Shown in pieces: positions 9,826-20,485 of a stretch of 37,515 nt of DNA. The DNA is from an uncultured Aquificales bacterium. Its GTDB lineage: Bacteria; Thermosulfidibacterota; Thermosulfidibacteria; Thermosulfidibacterales; Thermosulfidibacteraceae. Position 1 is the first letter of the stretch, and the number at the start of each line of letters is the position of its first letter. Under the pieces are notes generated by a model. The model searched no databases. It was not told the DNA's origin and saw nothing but the letters and a program-made list of their open reading frames with translations. The DNA is taken from the NCBI GenBank assembly GCA_964453345.1, contig CAYVOC010000007.1, positions 1-37,515 of the forward strand, given 5' to 3'. The position numbers were made by a program, and so were the translations under genes.

Positions 9826-11949
9826 ATGTTTAGAGCCATGTTCTCAGCCATAAACGGGCTTGAAGCCCACTCAACCGCCATGGACGTTGTGGGACACAAC
9901 CTGGCCAATGTGAACACGGTGGGCTACAAGAAGATGAGGCCCTACTTCCAGGATCTCTTCTATCAGAATCTGGCTTCAGCCACCGCACCCACAGCCACCC
10001 GTCCCGGAAGGAATCCCGTGCAGGTGGGACTGGGATCCCAGGTGGCGGCCATAGACACCATCTTCTCCCAGGGATCCTTTGAAACCACGGGAAGATCCAC
10101 GGATGTGGCCATAGAGGGCAGGGGCTTCTTCATAGTCAGATACGGTGATCAAACCTTCTACACCAGGGCCGGAAACTTCAGCTTCGAGTCCCACGGATTC
10201 TTAGTGGATCCCAACGGCTACAAGGTCCAGGGCTTCAGCTTCAACGAGCAGACCGGCGAGTGGGAACCCACCCTGACGGACATATACATAAACCCCAACG
10301 AGCAGCTTCCGCCGAAACAGACCGATATTCTAACGCTAAAGGCCAACCTCTCCTCCAACGCCACGGGAAGCACCTTCGAAACCTGGCGCATAGGCCCCTT
10401 CAAAAACAGCGCATCCCAGACGGTATCCGCCTCCGCCATGGGATCGCTTCTTCTGATAAACAGCTGTGCCGCCGAGGATATAAGCACGGGCGATTACATA
10501 GAGATCATCGGCAACAAGCACGACGGAGAATCCGTCACAGGCAGATTCTACCTGAACTCCGCCGGAACCACCGCCACGGTTGGTGGACAGAACGTGGATT
10601 CCTTCACCTCCTCCGTCACCGTTCACGCCGGAGACAGCGTTGAGGGCGGATACGTCATAGTCGTCTCTGCATCGGACACAGATAAGGGACTGATAGGCAA
10701 AATATACGGTCCGGGAGACACTATAGATTCAACCGGTGATGTAAAGGTCAAACTGGTGGGCACCTACGAGGATCTGGTGAGATACATCCAGTATCTATAC
10801 GGCGACAGATACACGGTCAAATGGGAAAACGGGCGAATATTTTTGATAGATGAGACCTGCGGTCCCAGCCTGATGACCATCCGTATGAACTTTGTTGACG
10901 GAGACGTATCCGGAAGCAGCTTCCAGGTTCCGGAGATAACCCGGGAGATCGAGGGCAAATACGCCGACACCTTCCTTGTGACCCAGACCATATACGACAG
11001 AACCGGCCAGGCCCACGAACTCAAGATACACTTCGTCAAGGTCCAGGGAGAGGACGCTGATGATAACGGAAGCTTCTTCTCCGCCTCCGCCACCGATGAT
11101 CCATCGGTCAGAAAGAACACGTGGGTCTTCTACACCGAACTCGACGGGCAGATCCTTGAAGTTGACGGAGCCGCGGGAAGGGTGGATTTCGACACCAGCG
11201 GCAACCCGAGGATAACCTACTACTACGCCCACTTCCCCATAACCTCCTCCGGTGGAACGGCCGAGTATGATGTGGGCGCCTTCGGAAGCGTTCCCACGGG
11301 ATCCGGCATTGAGATATGCCCCGACGAAAGGTGTCCCAACAACCTGAAGATAGATATAGACGGGGATGGACTTATAACCTTCCAGACCACAGCCGGAGGC
11401 ACCCTGCAGGCACACATAAGAACCCTGAACGAGGAGGGGGCGGAGCTTGGAATACACCTTGAGACCTACAATCCGGACCTCTTCTCAACCCCTCTCAAGT
11501 TAAATGTCTTTGATGAGCTGGGCAACGTCCTTCTGACAACCATGGGAGGAGAATCCAGGGTATACTATGTGGATCAGAACGGATACCCTCCGGGCGATCT
11601 GGTTGAGATCTCCATAGACGACAACGGCGTTGTCCAGGCGCAATACAGCAACGGGAAGACCCTCAAGAAATACAGGCTTGCCCTGGCAGGTTTCAACAAC
11701 GAGCAGGGCTTGAAGAGGATGGGGCACGGGCTTTTCGCGGCAACTCCCGCCTCCGGCAATCCCTTTATAGCCGCCCCCGGAGTTGGAGGACTCGGCAATG
11801 TGAAGTCCGGCACCTTAGAGCTTTCCAACGTGGACATTGCCGAAGAGTTCACCAAGATGATCCTCTTCCAGAGGGGATTCCAGGCCAATGCAAGGGTCAT
11901 AACCACATCCGACGAGATGCTTCAGGACATCATAGCGTTGAAAAGGTAG
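9826..11949 (+). CDS. flgE: Flagellar hook protein FlgE (long, 707 aa)
   Basis: N-terminal NLANVNTVGYK, QVGLG and YTRAGNF; C-terminal LELSNVDIAEEFTKMILFQRGFQANARVITTSDEML; large central insertion. Confidence 0.95.
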   Translation: MFRAMFSAINGLEAHSTAMDVVGHNLANVNTVGYKKMRPYFQDLFYQNLASATAPTATRPGRNPVQVGLGSQVAAIDTIFSQGSFETTGRSTDVAIEGRGFFIVRYGDQTFYTRAGNFSFESHGFLVDPNGYKVQGFSFNEQTGEWEPTLTDIYINPNEQLPPKQTDILTLKANLSSNATGSTFETWRIGPFKNSASQTVSASAMGSLLLINSCAAEDISTGDYIEIIGNKHDGESVTGRFYLNSAGTTATVGGQNVDSFTSSVTVHAGDSVEGGYVIVVSASDTDKGLIGKIYGPGDTIDSTGDVKVKLVGTYEDLVRYIQYLYGDRYTVKWENGRIFLIDETCGPSLMTIRMNFVDGDVSGSSFQVPEITREIEGKYADTFLVTQTIYDRTGQAHELKIHFVKVQGEDADDNGSFFSASATDDPSVRKNTWVFYTELDGQILEVDGAAGRVDFDTSGNPRITYYYAHFPITSSGGTAEYDVGAFGSVPTGSGIEICPDERCPNNLKIDIDGDGLITFQTTAGGTLQAHIRTLNEEGAELGIHLETYNPDLFSTPLKLNVFDELGNVLLTTMGGESRVYYVDQNGYPPGDLVEISIDDNGVVQAQYSNGKTLKKYRLALAGFNNEQGLKRMGHGLFAATPASGNPFIAAPGVGGLGNVKSGTLELSNVDIAEEFTKMILFQRGFQANARVITTSDEMLQDIIALKR

Positions 11950-11966
11950 TTGAAGCGGGGTAAGTT
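11938..11966 (+). promoter_or_regulatory. Putative internal sigma70-type promoter
   Basis: TTGAAA-N17-TAAGTT spans the flgE stop and lies upstream of the HDOD gene, in an AT-rich gap. Confidence 0.5.
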
Positions 11967-11994
11967 CTATATAAAAAACTGAAGGGGGGAGCAA

Positions 11995-12837
11995 ATGGCC
12001 CTCTGGGATGAGATAAGGGAGAGGATTGAGAAGGACGACGAGTTCGCCACCATGCCCCACATAGCAACCAAGGTCATGCAGATGATAGAGGATCCCGATG
12101 TGACTGCTGCCGATCTGGAGAAGTTCATATCGGTTGACCAGGTTCTAACCGCGGAGATTCTGAAGCTTGCCAACTCCCCCCTCTACGCTCCCCGCACCCC
12201 TATAGTTTCCCTTAAGCACGCAATAAGCTATCTGGGGCTGGCAAACATAAGAAGCTTGGTTCTTATGGTCGCCATAAGAAGCCTCTACGCCAAAAGTCCC
12301 GAAAAGGAGATCATGGCCTCCTTCTGGAGGCACTCGGCAGCCTCCGCCGTTGTGGCAAGAAACATAGTCCTTGCCGTCAGGAATGTTAAGCTCAACGCCG
12401 AAGAGATGTTCACCATGGGGTTGCTACACGACTTCGGCAAGGTTGTGCTGTTTAAATTTTTCCCGGATAAATACCTAAGGGTGATAGAAGCCGTTCAGAA
12501 GGGGGCCAAAAGCTTCCATGAGGCCGAAAAAGAGGTTTTCGGGCTTACCCACGCAGATGTCGGGGCCATGGTTCTGAGCAACTGGGGCTTCCCCATAGAC
12601 ATAGTCAACGCAGTCGGTTCCCATCACAAGCCGCCGGAGAACGAGATGGTGGCTCTATTGCATCTGGTAAACGGGTTCTGCTCCTCCTGGGGTTACAGCA
12701 TGGTTGATCCGGCCTTTGAGCTTGAGGGCCTTCAGAGGGCTTTAGAAGTGGTGAAACTGGACGAAGATAGGTGGAGGGAGATCACAGAAGAGATAAAAAA
12801 GCAGCTTGAGGAGAGCTCAGAAATTCTGGGTGCCTGA
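11995..12837 (+). CDS. Stand-alone HDOD domain protein
   Basis: Motifs TMPHIATKVM, DQVLTAEILKLANSPLY, AISYLG, FWRHS, GLLHDFGK, THADVGA...WGFP and SHH. Confidence 0.9.
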   Translation: MALWDEIRERIEKDDEFATMPHIATKVMQMIEDPDVTAADLEKFISVDQVLTAEILKLANSPLYAPRTPIVSLKHAISYLGLANIRSLVLMVAIRSLYAKSPEKEIMASFWRHSAASAVVARNIVLAVRNVKLNAEEMFTMGLLHDFGKVVLFKFFPDKYLRVIEAVQKGAKSFHEAEKEVFGLTHADVGAMVLSNWGFPIDIVNAVGSHHKPPENEMVALLHLVNGFCSSWGYSMVDPAFELEGLQRALEVVKLDEDRWREITEEIKKQLEESSEILGA

Positions 12838-12850
12838 GGGGTGATCGGCC

Positions 12851-13615
12851 ATGGATATTGCAACCCTTATCGGTATCGTCGTCTGCTTCGCTCTCATGCT
12901 CATAGCCATCATGATGGGAGGACCCTTAAGCGCCTTCATCGATATACCCTCCATGATGATCACCGTGGGAGGAACCTTAGGAGCGACCTTCACGAGCTAT
13001 CCCTTAAAGGATGTTCTCGGCGTGGTTGGGGTTATAAAGAACGCCTTTCTCTACAAGCCCCAGGACCCTGTAGCCATCATAGCCCAGCTTGTTGAGTTCG
13101 CCCAGATCGCCAGAAAGGAGGGAATACTCGCCCTTGAAAGCAAGATTGAGGAGGTGGACGATCCCTTCTTCAAAAAGGCCATCCAGCTTGCGGTTGATGG
13201 AACGGAACCTGAGGTGATGAGGGATATACTGGAGACAGAAATAGCCTTTATTGAGGAAAGGCACAAGAGCGGCGCGGATATGATGGATTTTATGGCGGCT
13301 CTTGCCCCGGCTTTTGGAATGATCGGAACCCTGATTGGTCTTGTCCAGATGCTCAGAACCATGAACGATCCCAGCACCATCGGTCCGGCCATGGCGGTTG
13401 CGCTCATCACAACCTTCTACGGCGCGGTCATGGCCAACGTTATCTTCTCCCCCTTTGCCAACAAGCTGAAGGTGAGATCCTCCGAGGAGATACTGGTCAA
13501 GGACATCATACTTGCAGGTATTCTCTCCATACAAGCCGGGGACAATCCGAGGATCCTTGAACAAAAGCTACACGCCTACATTCCGCCAAAACTCAGAAAG
13601 AGCGTGTTTGAATAA
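12851..13615 (+). CDS. motA: Flagellar stator A subunit (MotA/PomA/MotP type)
   Basis: Motifs ARKEGILALE, APAFGMIGTLIGLVQML, AVALITTFYGA and GDNPRILE. Confidence 0.95.
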   Translation: MDIATLIGIVVCFALMLIAIMMGGPLSAFIDIPSMMITVGGTLGATFTSYPLKDVLGVVGVIKNAFLYKPQDPVAIIAQLVEFAQIARKEGILALESKIEEVDDPFFKKAIQLAVDGTEPEVMRDILETEIAFIEERHKSGADMMDFMAALAPAFGMIGTLIGLVQMLRTMNDPSTIGPAMAVALITTFYGAVMANVIFSPFANKLKVRSSEEILVKDIILAGILSIQAGDNPRILEQKLHAYIPPKLRKSVFE

Positions 13616-14409
13616 TGGGTAAGAAAAGGGAAAAATGTGACGAGGGCGGTGGCGGTTGCCCCGCCTGGATGACCACCTTCTCCGACCTCATGAGTTTGCT
13701 TCTAACCTTCTTTGTTCTGCTTCTGTCCATGGCGTCCCTTGACCAGAAGAAGATCAAGGAGGCCCTTGGATCCCTTCAGGGCGCCCTTGGAGTGCTGGAG
13801 GGCGGGTTCAAGACGGAGGTGAGCAAGGAGCTTATACTGCCCTCCGTGGGGCTTGAGCCGCCCAAGAAGATGGTTATGGAAAGGGTGAAAAAGCTCTTCT
13901 ACAGGCACTTTAAGCCCGGCAAGGGGCAGGCCTTCAAGAACAAGGAGGGATACATAGAGTCTCAGGAGCCGGAAAGGGGACCTGTCAACGTCAGGGAGAC
14001 CAAGGAGGGAATAGTTGTATCCATAGTGGGCGGAGTCCTCTTTGATCCGGGGGATGCGGTTCTAAAACCCCAGGGCAAGGCCATACTCGATCGGCTCATC
14101 CCTTTGATAAAGGAGCTGAAGTATCCTATAAGAATAGAGGGGCACACGGACGATACCCCGGTTGTGGGTGGCAAATACAGGGACAACTGGGAGCTTTCTG
14201 TTGCGAGGGCGATAAGCGTGCTTAAGTATTTCATAAGCAAGGGGATACCACCTGAAAAGATGTCGGTTGCAGGATACGGACCCTATAAGCCCCTTTATCC
14301 CAACGACACCCCCGAGCACAGGGCTTTGAACAGAAGGGTGGATATAGTTATACTTGTAAAGAACAAGGAGACCGAGGCCAAAACGGGGCCTGAGGTTGAG
14401 ATAGAATAA
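13615..14409 (+). CDS. motB: Flagellar stator B subunit (MotB/PomB/MotS type)
   Basis: TM segment WMTTFSDLMSLLLTFFVLL; OmpA-like domain with IEGHTDD, NWELSVARA and NRRVDI. Confidence 0.95.
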   Translation: MGKKREKCDEGGGGCPAWMTTFSDLMSLLLTFFVLLLSMASLDQKKIKEALGSLQGALGVLEGGFKTEVSKELILPSVGLEPPKKMVMERVKKLFYRHFKPGKGQAFKNKEGYIESQEPERGPVNVRETKEGIVVSIVGGVLFDPGDAVLKPQGKAILDRLIPLIKELKYPIRIEGHTDDTPVVGGKYRDNWELSVARAISVLKYFISKGIPPEKMSVAGYGPYKPLYPNDTPEHRALNRRVDIVILVKNKETEAKTGPEVEIE

Positions 14410-14426
14410 AGCTTGGAGGATAAGCC

Positions 14427-14960
14427 GTGGGTGATGAGGAGAGGGTAGAAGAGGCACCAAAGAAAAAGGGAAAGGGTAAACTGTTTCTGATCATAGGGCT
14501 TGTGCTGATTCTGGGAGGCGGTGCGGCTGCATACTTTTTGGTTTTCAAAAAGAAGCCTCAGAAACAGCCCCAGCAACCGGCTCCGCAGGCGCCGCCACCT
14601 GCTGCAGCCCCCGCTGCCCCCGTTGCGGCCGGGATGCCGGGAGCTGCCGCAAATGTTCCCCAGTTCTTCTACAAGCTTGACACCTTCATAGTGAACCTTG
14701 CCGATGAGGACGGATCCAGGTATCTCAAGGTGGACATGACCTTAGCTCTTTCAAACAAGGAAGTGGAAAAGGAGATAGAAAAGAAGCTTCCGGTGATAAG
14801 GGATGCCATCATCACGGTCATATCAAACAAATACTACAAGGATATATCCACGCCGGCCGGGAAGCTGGCCCTGAAAAGGGAGATAATGGCGAGGGTCAAT
14901 CTTGTCTTAACGACGGGAAGAGTCGTTGACATATACTTCACCGACTTTGTGGTGCAGTGA
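14427..14960 (+). CDS. fliL: Flagellar basal body-associated protein FliL
   Basis: Single N-terminal TM; motifs FIVNLAD, RYLKV, IRDAII and IYFTDFVVQ. Confidence 0.93.
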   Translation: MGDEERVEEAPKKKGKGKLFLIIGLVLILGGGAAAYFLVFKKKPQKQPQQPAPQAPPPAAAPAAPVAAGMPGAAANVPQFFYKLDTFIVNLADEDGSRYLKVDMTLALSNKEVEKEIEKKLPVIRDAIITVISNKYYKDISTPAGKLALKREIMARVNLVLTTGRVVDIYFTDFVVQ

Positions 14961-15274
14961 TGGAGGAGAAGAAAGAGACAACCAAGTGGGAATACAAGGA
15001 GCTGGGGGAAGGCAAGGATAGCGAAGGGTCTCTGAAGCTCAAGTTCCTTGAGGATGTGGAGCTTGAGTTTGAGGTTATCTTGGGAAGGAGCAAGTGCACC
15101 ATAAAGGACATTTTGCGCCTCTCCCCCGGAGCCATAATAGAGCTTGACAGATCCACGGGTGAGGCGCTGGATCTTTACATGAACGGGGAGAAGTTCGCCA
15201 AGTGCGAAGTTCTGGTCATGGATGAGAAATTCGGTGTGAGGATAACGGAGATTGTGCCCATCGAGGAGGAATAG
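14957..15274 (+). CDS. fliN: Flagellar motor switch protein FliN (short SpoA domain)
   Basis: [13 protein letters not shown]...PGAIIELDR...FGVRITEI. The start is GTG 14957 or ATG 14960. Confidence 0.88.
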   Translation: MMEEKKETTKWEYKELGEGKDSEGSLKLKFLEDVELEFEVILGRSKCTIKDILRLSPGAIIELDRSTGEALDLYMNGEKFAKCEVLVMDEKFGVRITEIVPIEEE

Positions 15275-15280
15275 CTGGGT

Positions 15281-15643
15281 TTGATAGGGGTTGCCCTCGC
15301 AAAAACGGCTTCCAAGATCCCCAAGGTGGAAGTCCCTTCCCTCTGGGGCTACACCTTTAGAATAGTTCTCGCCCTGGGAGTTATTCTAACTGTGGTTATC
15401 ATGCTTGCCTACATCCTGAGAAAGGTGAAGGGATCCCCTCCCCTCTTTGGGAAAAGGAGGGTTGAGGTGCTGGAGTTCACCCCTATAATGGGCAAGTGGG
15501 CGCTTGCCACGGTCAGGGTCGGGAAGCGTTTTTTTCTCATAGGGCTGAGCGAGGGAAATATCCAGCTCATATCGGAACTGCAGGAGAAGGATCTGGAAGA
15601 GGAGTCCTTTGAGAGGGTGCTTGAAGAGAATCTTAACGGTTAG
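15281..15643 (+). CDS. fliO: Flagellar biosynthesis protein FliO
   Basis: One TM followed by [24 protein letters not shown]; located between fliN and fliP. Confidence 0.85.
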   Translation: MIGVALAKTASKIPKVEVPSLWGYTFRIVLALGVILTVVIMLAYILRKVKGSPPLFGKRRVEVLEFTPIMGKWALATVRVGKRFFLIGLSEGNIQLISELQEKDLEEESFERVLEENLNG

Positions 15644-16361
15644 CCTCCTTCTGCTTGTGGTCTGCAAGGCATCCGCAGCCGCCCAGGTTCCGGTTCCAAA
15701 GCTCACCATAGGCGTTGACACCGCCAAAAGCCCGCGTGATGTTGCGGTAACCTTAGAAATCATATTTTTGATCACCCTGATTGCCCTGGCCCCTTCCCTG
15801 CTCGTGATGATAACCTCCTTTACCAGGATCGTGGTGGTCCTATCCCTTCTTAGATCCGCCCTCGGGACCCAGCAGATGCCACCAAATCAGGTGCTGGTAA
15901 GCCTCGCCCTCTTTTTAACCTTCTTCGTCATGGCCCCCACATGGCAAAGGATATACTCCGATTCGGTCTCCCCCTATCTCGACGGCAAACTCAGCTTCAC
16001 CCAGGCCTACGACAAGGCCCTGGGACACGTCCGCGACTTCATGTTCAGGCAGGTGAGGGAGAGGGATCTGGGGGTCTTCTGCAGACTTGCGGGCATAAAG
16101 CCCAGAAACAGGGAAGACGTCCCCACCCATGTGCTGATACCGGCCTTCATAACGAGCGAGCTGCAAACAGCCTTCGAGATAGGTTTTGTAATATACATTC
16201 CCTTTCTTATTATAGACATAGTCATCTCAAGCATCCTGCTATCCATGGGCATGATAATGCTTCCGCCTGTTCTCATATCGCTACCTTTCAAACTGCTTCT
16301 TTTTGTGTTAGTTAACGGATGGGATCTTGTGGTTGTATCCTTGGTAAGGAGCTTCAGATGA
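15621..16361 (+). CDS. fliP: Flagellar export gate protein FliP
   Basis: Motifs [38 protein letters not shown] and [10 protein letters not shown]. Signal peptide from TTG 15621 (the ORF track starts at 15609). Confidence 0.95.
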   Translation: MKRILTVSLLLLVVCKASAAAQVPVPKLTIGVDTAKSPRDVAVTLEIIFLITLIALAPSLLVMITSFTRIVVVLSLLRSALGTQQMPPNQVLVSLALFLTFFVMAPTWQRIYSDSVSPYLDGKLSFTQAYDKALGHVRDFMFRQVRERDLGVFCRLAGIKPRNREDVPTHVLIPAFITSELQTAFEIGFVIYIPFLIIDIVISSILLSMGMIMLPPVLISLPFKLLLFVLVNGWDLVVVSLVRSFR

Positions 16362-16627
16362 GCCCCGCTACGGTTGTGGCCATAGGAAGCACGGCCATGA
16401 AGGTTACCCTGCTCATAGCCGCACCGGTTCTCGTGGCCACCATGGTGGTCGGACTTCTCATAAGCATACTGCAGGCCGCAACCCAGATACAGGAGATGAC
16501 CCTCACCTTCGTTCCCAAGGTCATAGTGGCCGCCTTGGTTCTGCTCTTTCTCGGTCCCTGGATGATAAGGGTTCTCGTCGACTTCACCGTCCAGCTCTAC
16601 AGGAACATTCCCGCCTACCTGAGATGA
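16358..16627 (+). CDS. fliQ: Flagellar export gate protein FliQ
   Basis: Motif [26 protein letters not shown] 16358 overlaps the fliP stop (ATGA). Confidence 0.95.
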   Translation: MSPATVVAIGSTAMKVTLLIAAPVLVATMVVGLLISILQAATQIQEMTLTFVPKVIVAALVLLFLGPWMIRVLVDFTVQLYRNIPAYLR

Positions 16628-17388
16628 AGGTGGATCTCAACCTTTTCTACGCCTTCCTCCTTCTGCTTGTGAGGGCGTCCTTTTTTGTCTTCTTCTGCCC
16701 CGTTGTTGGGGGAAGGGGCGTGCCTGCCATGGCGAAGATAGGCCTCGCCCTTATGCTTTCGGTGATATTCCTGAAGGAGCCCTACCCCGCCATCCCAACC
16801 CATCTGGTTGAGCTTGTTCTTGTGGTTCTTAAAGAACTGATCCTGGGAGCGGCCATGGGCTTTTCTGCGAGGCTCGTCTTTGACGGCATACAGCTGGGCG
16901 GCCAGTATGTGGGATATATGATGGGGCTTTCCATCGTCAACGTCATGGATCCCCAGGCGGAGACGGCCGTTCCACTAATCTCCCACTTTGAGAACCTCAT
17001 GGCCATACTTGTCTTTCTCAGCATAGGCGGGCATCTGTGGTTTATGGAGGCCTACTCCGATTCCCTGAGAACCATTCCCATAGGGTCCCTGAGCATGGGA
17101 GTAAAATGGGCGCCCTGGCTCTTCTCCCTTGCCAGAACCCTCTTTGTGATCGCCATAAAGGTGAACGCCCCCATATTCATCGTTATGTTTCTGATACAGA
17201 TAGTCCTCGCCATATCCGCAAGGGTGGTTCCCCAGATGAACATCTTCATGGTGGGGTTCCCTCTGCAGATATTTGTGGGACTCCTGCTCCTTGCCGCATC
17301 CCTCAAGGGGATGGTCTGGCTGTTCTCCAAGGAGTTTGCAAACATAAAGGTCAACCTATACCAGGTTATGAGGCTGTTTAGCGGCTGA
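16624..17388 (+). CDS. fliR: Flagellar export gate protein FliR
   Basis: Motifs [21 protein letters not shown] and [14 protein letters not shown]. Confidence 0.95.
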   Translation: MKVDLNLFYAFLLLLVRASFFVFFCPVVGGRGVPAMAKIGLALMLSVIFLKEPYPAIPTHLVELVLVVLKELILGAAMGFSARLVFDGIQLGGQYVGYMMGLSIVNVMDPQAETAVPLISHFENLMAILVFLSIGGHLWFMEAYSDSLRTIPIGSLSMGVKWAPWLFSLARTLFVIAIKVNAPIFIVMFLIQIVLAISARVVPQMNIFMVGFPLQIFVGLLLLAASLKGMVWLFSKEFANIKVNLYQVMRLFSG

Positions 17389-18434
17389 TGGGAGCAGAGG
17401 AGAGAACGGAAGAGGCAACGCCGCGAAGGCGGGAAGAAGCCAGAAAGAGAGGACAGGTTCCGCGAACAAGGGAGCTTCCATCCACCCTGCTTATACTGGC
17501 TGCCCTGGGCTTTCTATATATGACCTCAAACTACTACATCGCATCCTTTAAATCCCTCTTTAACCACTTTCTGCCCCACGCCTACGAAAAAAGCGTTTTC
17601 GAAACCTCATACCAGGTTGTGCTCTACTTTGCATCTAAACTTCTTCTGCCGCTGTTTCTGCTTCTGGTTGTGGTGGGAGTGTTCAGCTATGTGATACAGT
17701 TCGGCTTTCTGTTCACCACCCAGGCCCTATCGCCAAATCTCGATAAGCTCAACCCCGTAAACGGCATAAAAAACCTCTTCTCCAAAAGGGCCCTCGTGGA
17801 GCTGATCAAGGCTGCCATCAAGGTCGTCATAATACTGTGGGTGGCCTATCCCATAATAAAGGCCCAGGCCCTCTCTTCCTCATCCATCTTTGCCATGCCC
17901 ACGGAGTCCATCTTCTCCCTCATTGCCAGAACCACAGCCAGCCTGATCCTCAAGGTGGGGATAGCCTTTCTGTTCCTTTCCCTTCTGGACTTCTTCTACC
18001 AGAGGTGGGAGCACGAGCAGAGCCTTAAGATGACCAAGCAGGAGGTGAAGGAGGAGCTAAAGCAGCAGGAGGGAGATCCCCAGGTCAAATCCAGAATAAG
18101 GCGCATACAGAGGGAGCTTGCCCAGAAGCGCATGATGCAGGAGGTCCCAAAGGCCGACGTGGTTATAACAAATCCCGTTGAGATTGCGGTCGCCTTAAAG
18201 TATGATGCAGAGAGGATGAACGCTCCCAAGGTCGTCGCCAAGGGAGCTGGAGAGCTGGCAAAAAGGATAAGGGAGATAGCGAGAAAACACGGGGTTCCCG
18301 TTGTGGAGAACAGGGCGCTTGCGAGGATGCTCTACAAGATGGTTGAGGTAGGAGAGGAGATACCTGAGAGCCTGTATAAGGCGGTGGCCGAGGTTCTCGC
18401 CTACGTATACAGGCAGAGGGGTAAAGCCGCCTGA
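17388..18434 (+). CDS. flhB: Flagellar export switch protein FlhB
   Basis: Motifs [44 protein letters not shown] and PKVVAKG. Confidence 0.96.
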   Translation: MGAEERTEEATPRRREEARKRGQVPRTRELPSTLLILAALGFLYMTSNYYIASFKSLFNHFLPHAYEKSVFETSYQVVLYFASKLLLPLFLLLVVVGVFSYVIQFGFLFTTQALSPNLDKLNPVNGIKNLFSKRALVELIKAAIKVVIILWVAYPIIKAQALSSSSIFAMPTESIFSLIARTTASLILKVGIAFLFLSLLDFFYQRWEHEQSLKMTKQEVKEELKQQEGDPQVKSRIRRIQRELAQKRMMQEVPKADVVITNPVEIAVALKYDAERMNAPKVVAKGAGELAKRIREIARKHGVPVVENRALARMLYKMVEVGEEIPESLYKAVAEVLAYVYRQRGKAA

Positions 18435-20485
18435 TGAGGGAGGTTGCTCTAAGAAGATCGGAGCTGTTTACGGAACTCGGGGTGGCCTTCGCCATAGTCG
18501 CCATCCTCACGGTCATGATCATTCCCCTACCCTCCTGGGTTCTGGATATACTCATAGCCGTGGACATAAGCATCTCCATCCTCGTTCTTCTGGCGACCGT
18601 ATACATGAAAAGGCCCCTGGAGTTCTCCTCCTTCCCGTCCCTGCTGCTTATGATAACCCTCTTCAGGCTCTCCCTTAATGTGGCGAGCACCAGAAGAATC
18701 CTCCTTTACGGAAACAAGGGAACCGCCGCGGCCGGGCACATCATTGAGGCCTTCGGACAGTTTGTGGTGGGCGGGAATTATGTGGTTGGATTCGTCATAT
18801 TTCTGATCCTTGTGGTCATCAACTTTGTGGTCATCACCAAGGGTGCCCAGAGAATCGCAGAGGTCGCGGCAAGGTTCACCCTTGACGCCATGCCCGGAAA
18901 GCAGATGGCCATAGATGCCGATCTCAACGCCGGGCTGATAGACGAAGCGGAGGCCAGGCGGCGCAGGGAGGAGATACAGCGGGAGGCCGACTTCTACGGG
19001 GCGATGGATGGAGCATCAAAGTTCGTAAGGGGAGACGCCATCGCCGGCCTCATAATCACCTGCATAAACATCATCGGCGGCCTGATCATAGGGGTTCTGC
19101 AGCATGGGATGCCCCTTTCTGAGGCCGCCAAAACCTACACCATCCTCACCATAGGAGACGGTCTCGTCAGCCAGATCCCCGCCCTCATAGTTTCAACCGC
19201 AGCCGGTATTCTTGTCTCAAGGGCCGCCTCCGAATCCCATATGGGGATGGATCTTCTAAAGCAGCTCACCTCATACCCCAGGGCGCTTTTCCTCGCCTCC
19301 GGGGTTTTGCTGTTCGCCGGATTTGTTCCGGGCTTCCCCTTTATCCCCTTCTTTCTACTCTCAGCGCTTCTGGGAGTTGTGGGATACCTGGGATCCAAAA
19401 AGCCCGAGCGGATGGAGGAGAAGGAGGAAGAAAAGGAGGAAACCCCCGAGGCCGATATAGAACGTATAAAGACCTCCCTGCAGATAGATCCCATAGAGCT
19501 CGAGCTTGGATACAACCTCATACCTTTGGTTGAGAAGGGCGATCTCATAAACAGGATAAGGGCCATGAGAAGACAGATAGCCCAGGATTACGGATTCATC
19601 GTTCCCCCGGTGAGGGTCAGGGACAACCTCTCCCTTGATCCCAACAAATACAGGATTCTCATATACGGCACCGAAGTCGCAGAAGGCGAAGTTTATGTTG
19701 ACATGTATCTGGTGATACCGGCAGCGGGCAAGGAACTTGACCTCAAGGGTATTCCCACCAAGGAACCCGCCTTCGGAATACCCGCCATGTGGGTATCCGA
19801 GGAGGAGAAGGAGAAGGCCACCCTCGAGGGGCACACGGTAGTTGACGCCAGCACCGTGATCATCACCCATCTGTCCGAGGTCATAAAGTCCCACGCCCAC
19901 GAGCTTCTCGGTAGAGACGAGCTAAACGATCTTCTTGATGCCCTTGCCAAAAGCTACCCCAAGCTGGTGGAGGATCTGGTTCCCAACGTTGTCTCCCACA
20001 CCCTGCTTCAAAAGGTCCTGCAGAACCTCCTGAGGGAAGGCGTATCTATAAGGAATCTCAAGAAGATTCTGGAGACCATAGCCGAGTATGCGGACAAGGT
20101 GGACGATCCTGAGATGATAACCGAATTCGTAAGACAGGCCTTGGGAAGACAAATAGTCAGGCAGATAATGGGCGATATGGAGGTGTTGCCCATAGTGACC
20201 ATAGATCCGACCCTTGAAAGGGAGCTTACGGAGTATCTACAGAAGACGGACAAGGGGTCCTTCCTTGTTATGCCCCAGGATAAACTGAAGGAGCTCGCCG
20301 ACAAAATCACGAAGGCCCTTGAACCTGCGCTGCAGCAGGGACTCCAGCCGGCCATTGTGGTCTCCTATGAGCTGAGACCGGCCTTCAGGAAATTCATAGA
20401 GAGGGTTCTGCCCAGGGTTCCCGTCCTCTCCAATCTGGAGATACCGCCCGATGTCAGGGTTCAGGTGGTGGGGGTAATTAAGTGA
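18434..20485 (+). CDS. flhA: Flagellar export protein FlhA
   Basis: FHIPEP motif [28 protein letters not shown], plus [14 protein letters not shown] and [12 protein letters not shown]. Confidence 0.97.
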   Translation: MREVALRRSELFTELGVAFAIVAILTVMIIPLPSWVLDILIAVDISISILVLLATVYMKRPLEFSSFPSLLLMITLFRLSLNVASTRRILLYGNKGTAAAGHIIEAFGQFVVGGNYVVGFVIFLILVVINFVVITKGAQRIAEVAARFTLDAMPGKQMAIDADLNAGLIDEAEARRRREEIQREADFYGAMDGASKFVRGDAIAGLIITCINIIGGLIIGVLQHGMPLSEAAKTYTILTIGDGLVSQIPALIVSTAAGILVSRAASESHMGMDLLKQLTSYPRALFLASGVLLFAGFVPGFPFIPFFLLSALLGVVGYLGSKKPERMEEKEEEKEETPEADIERIKTSLQIDPIELELGYNLIPLVEKGDLINRIRAMRRQIAQDYGFIVPPVRVRDNLSLDPNKYRILIYGTEVAEGEVYVDMYLVIPAAGKELDLKGIPTKEPAFGIPAMWVSEEEKEKATLEGHTVVDASTVIITHLSEVIKSHAHELLGRDELNDLLDALAKSYPKLVEDLVPNVVSHTLLQKVLQNLLREGVSIRNLKKILETIAEYADKVDDPEMITEFVRQALGRQIVRQIMGDMEVLPIVTIDPTLERELTEYLQKTDKGSFLVMPQDKLKELADKITKALEPALQQGLQPAIVVSYELRPAFRKFIERVLPRVPVLSNLEIPPDVRVQVVGVIK

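Noticed and set aside
10339..10350. Spirochaete-type lysinoalanine hook cross-link site
   Set aside because: The position I align by eye with the catalytic Cys (CNL) reads ANL.
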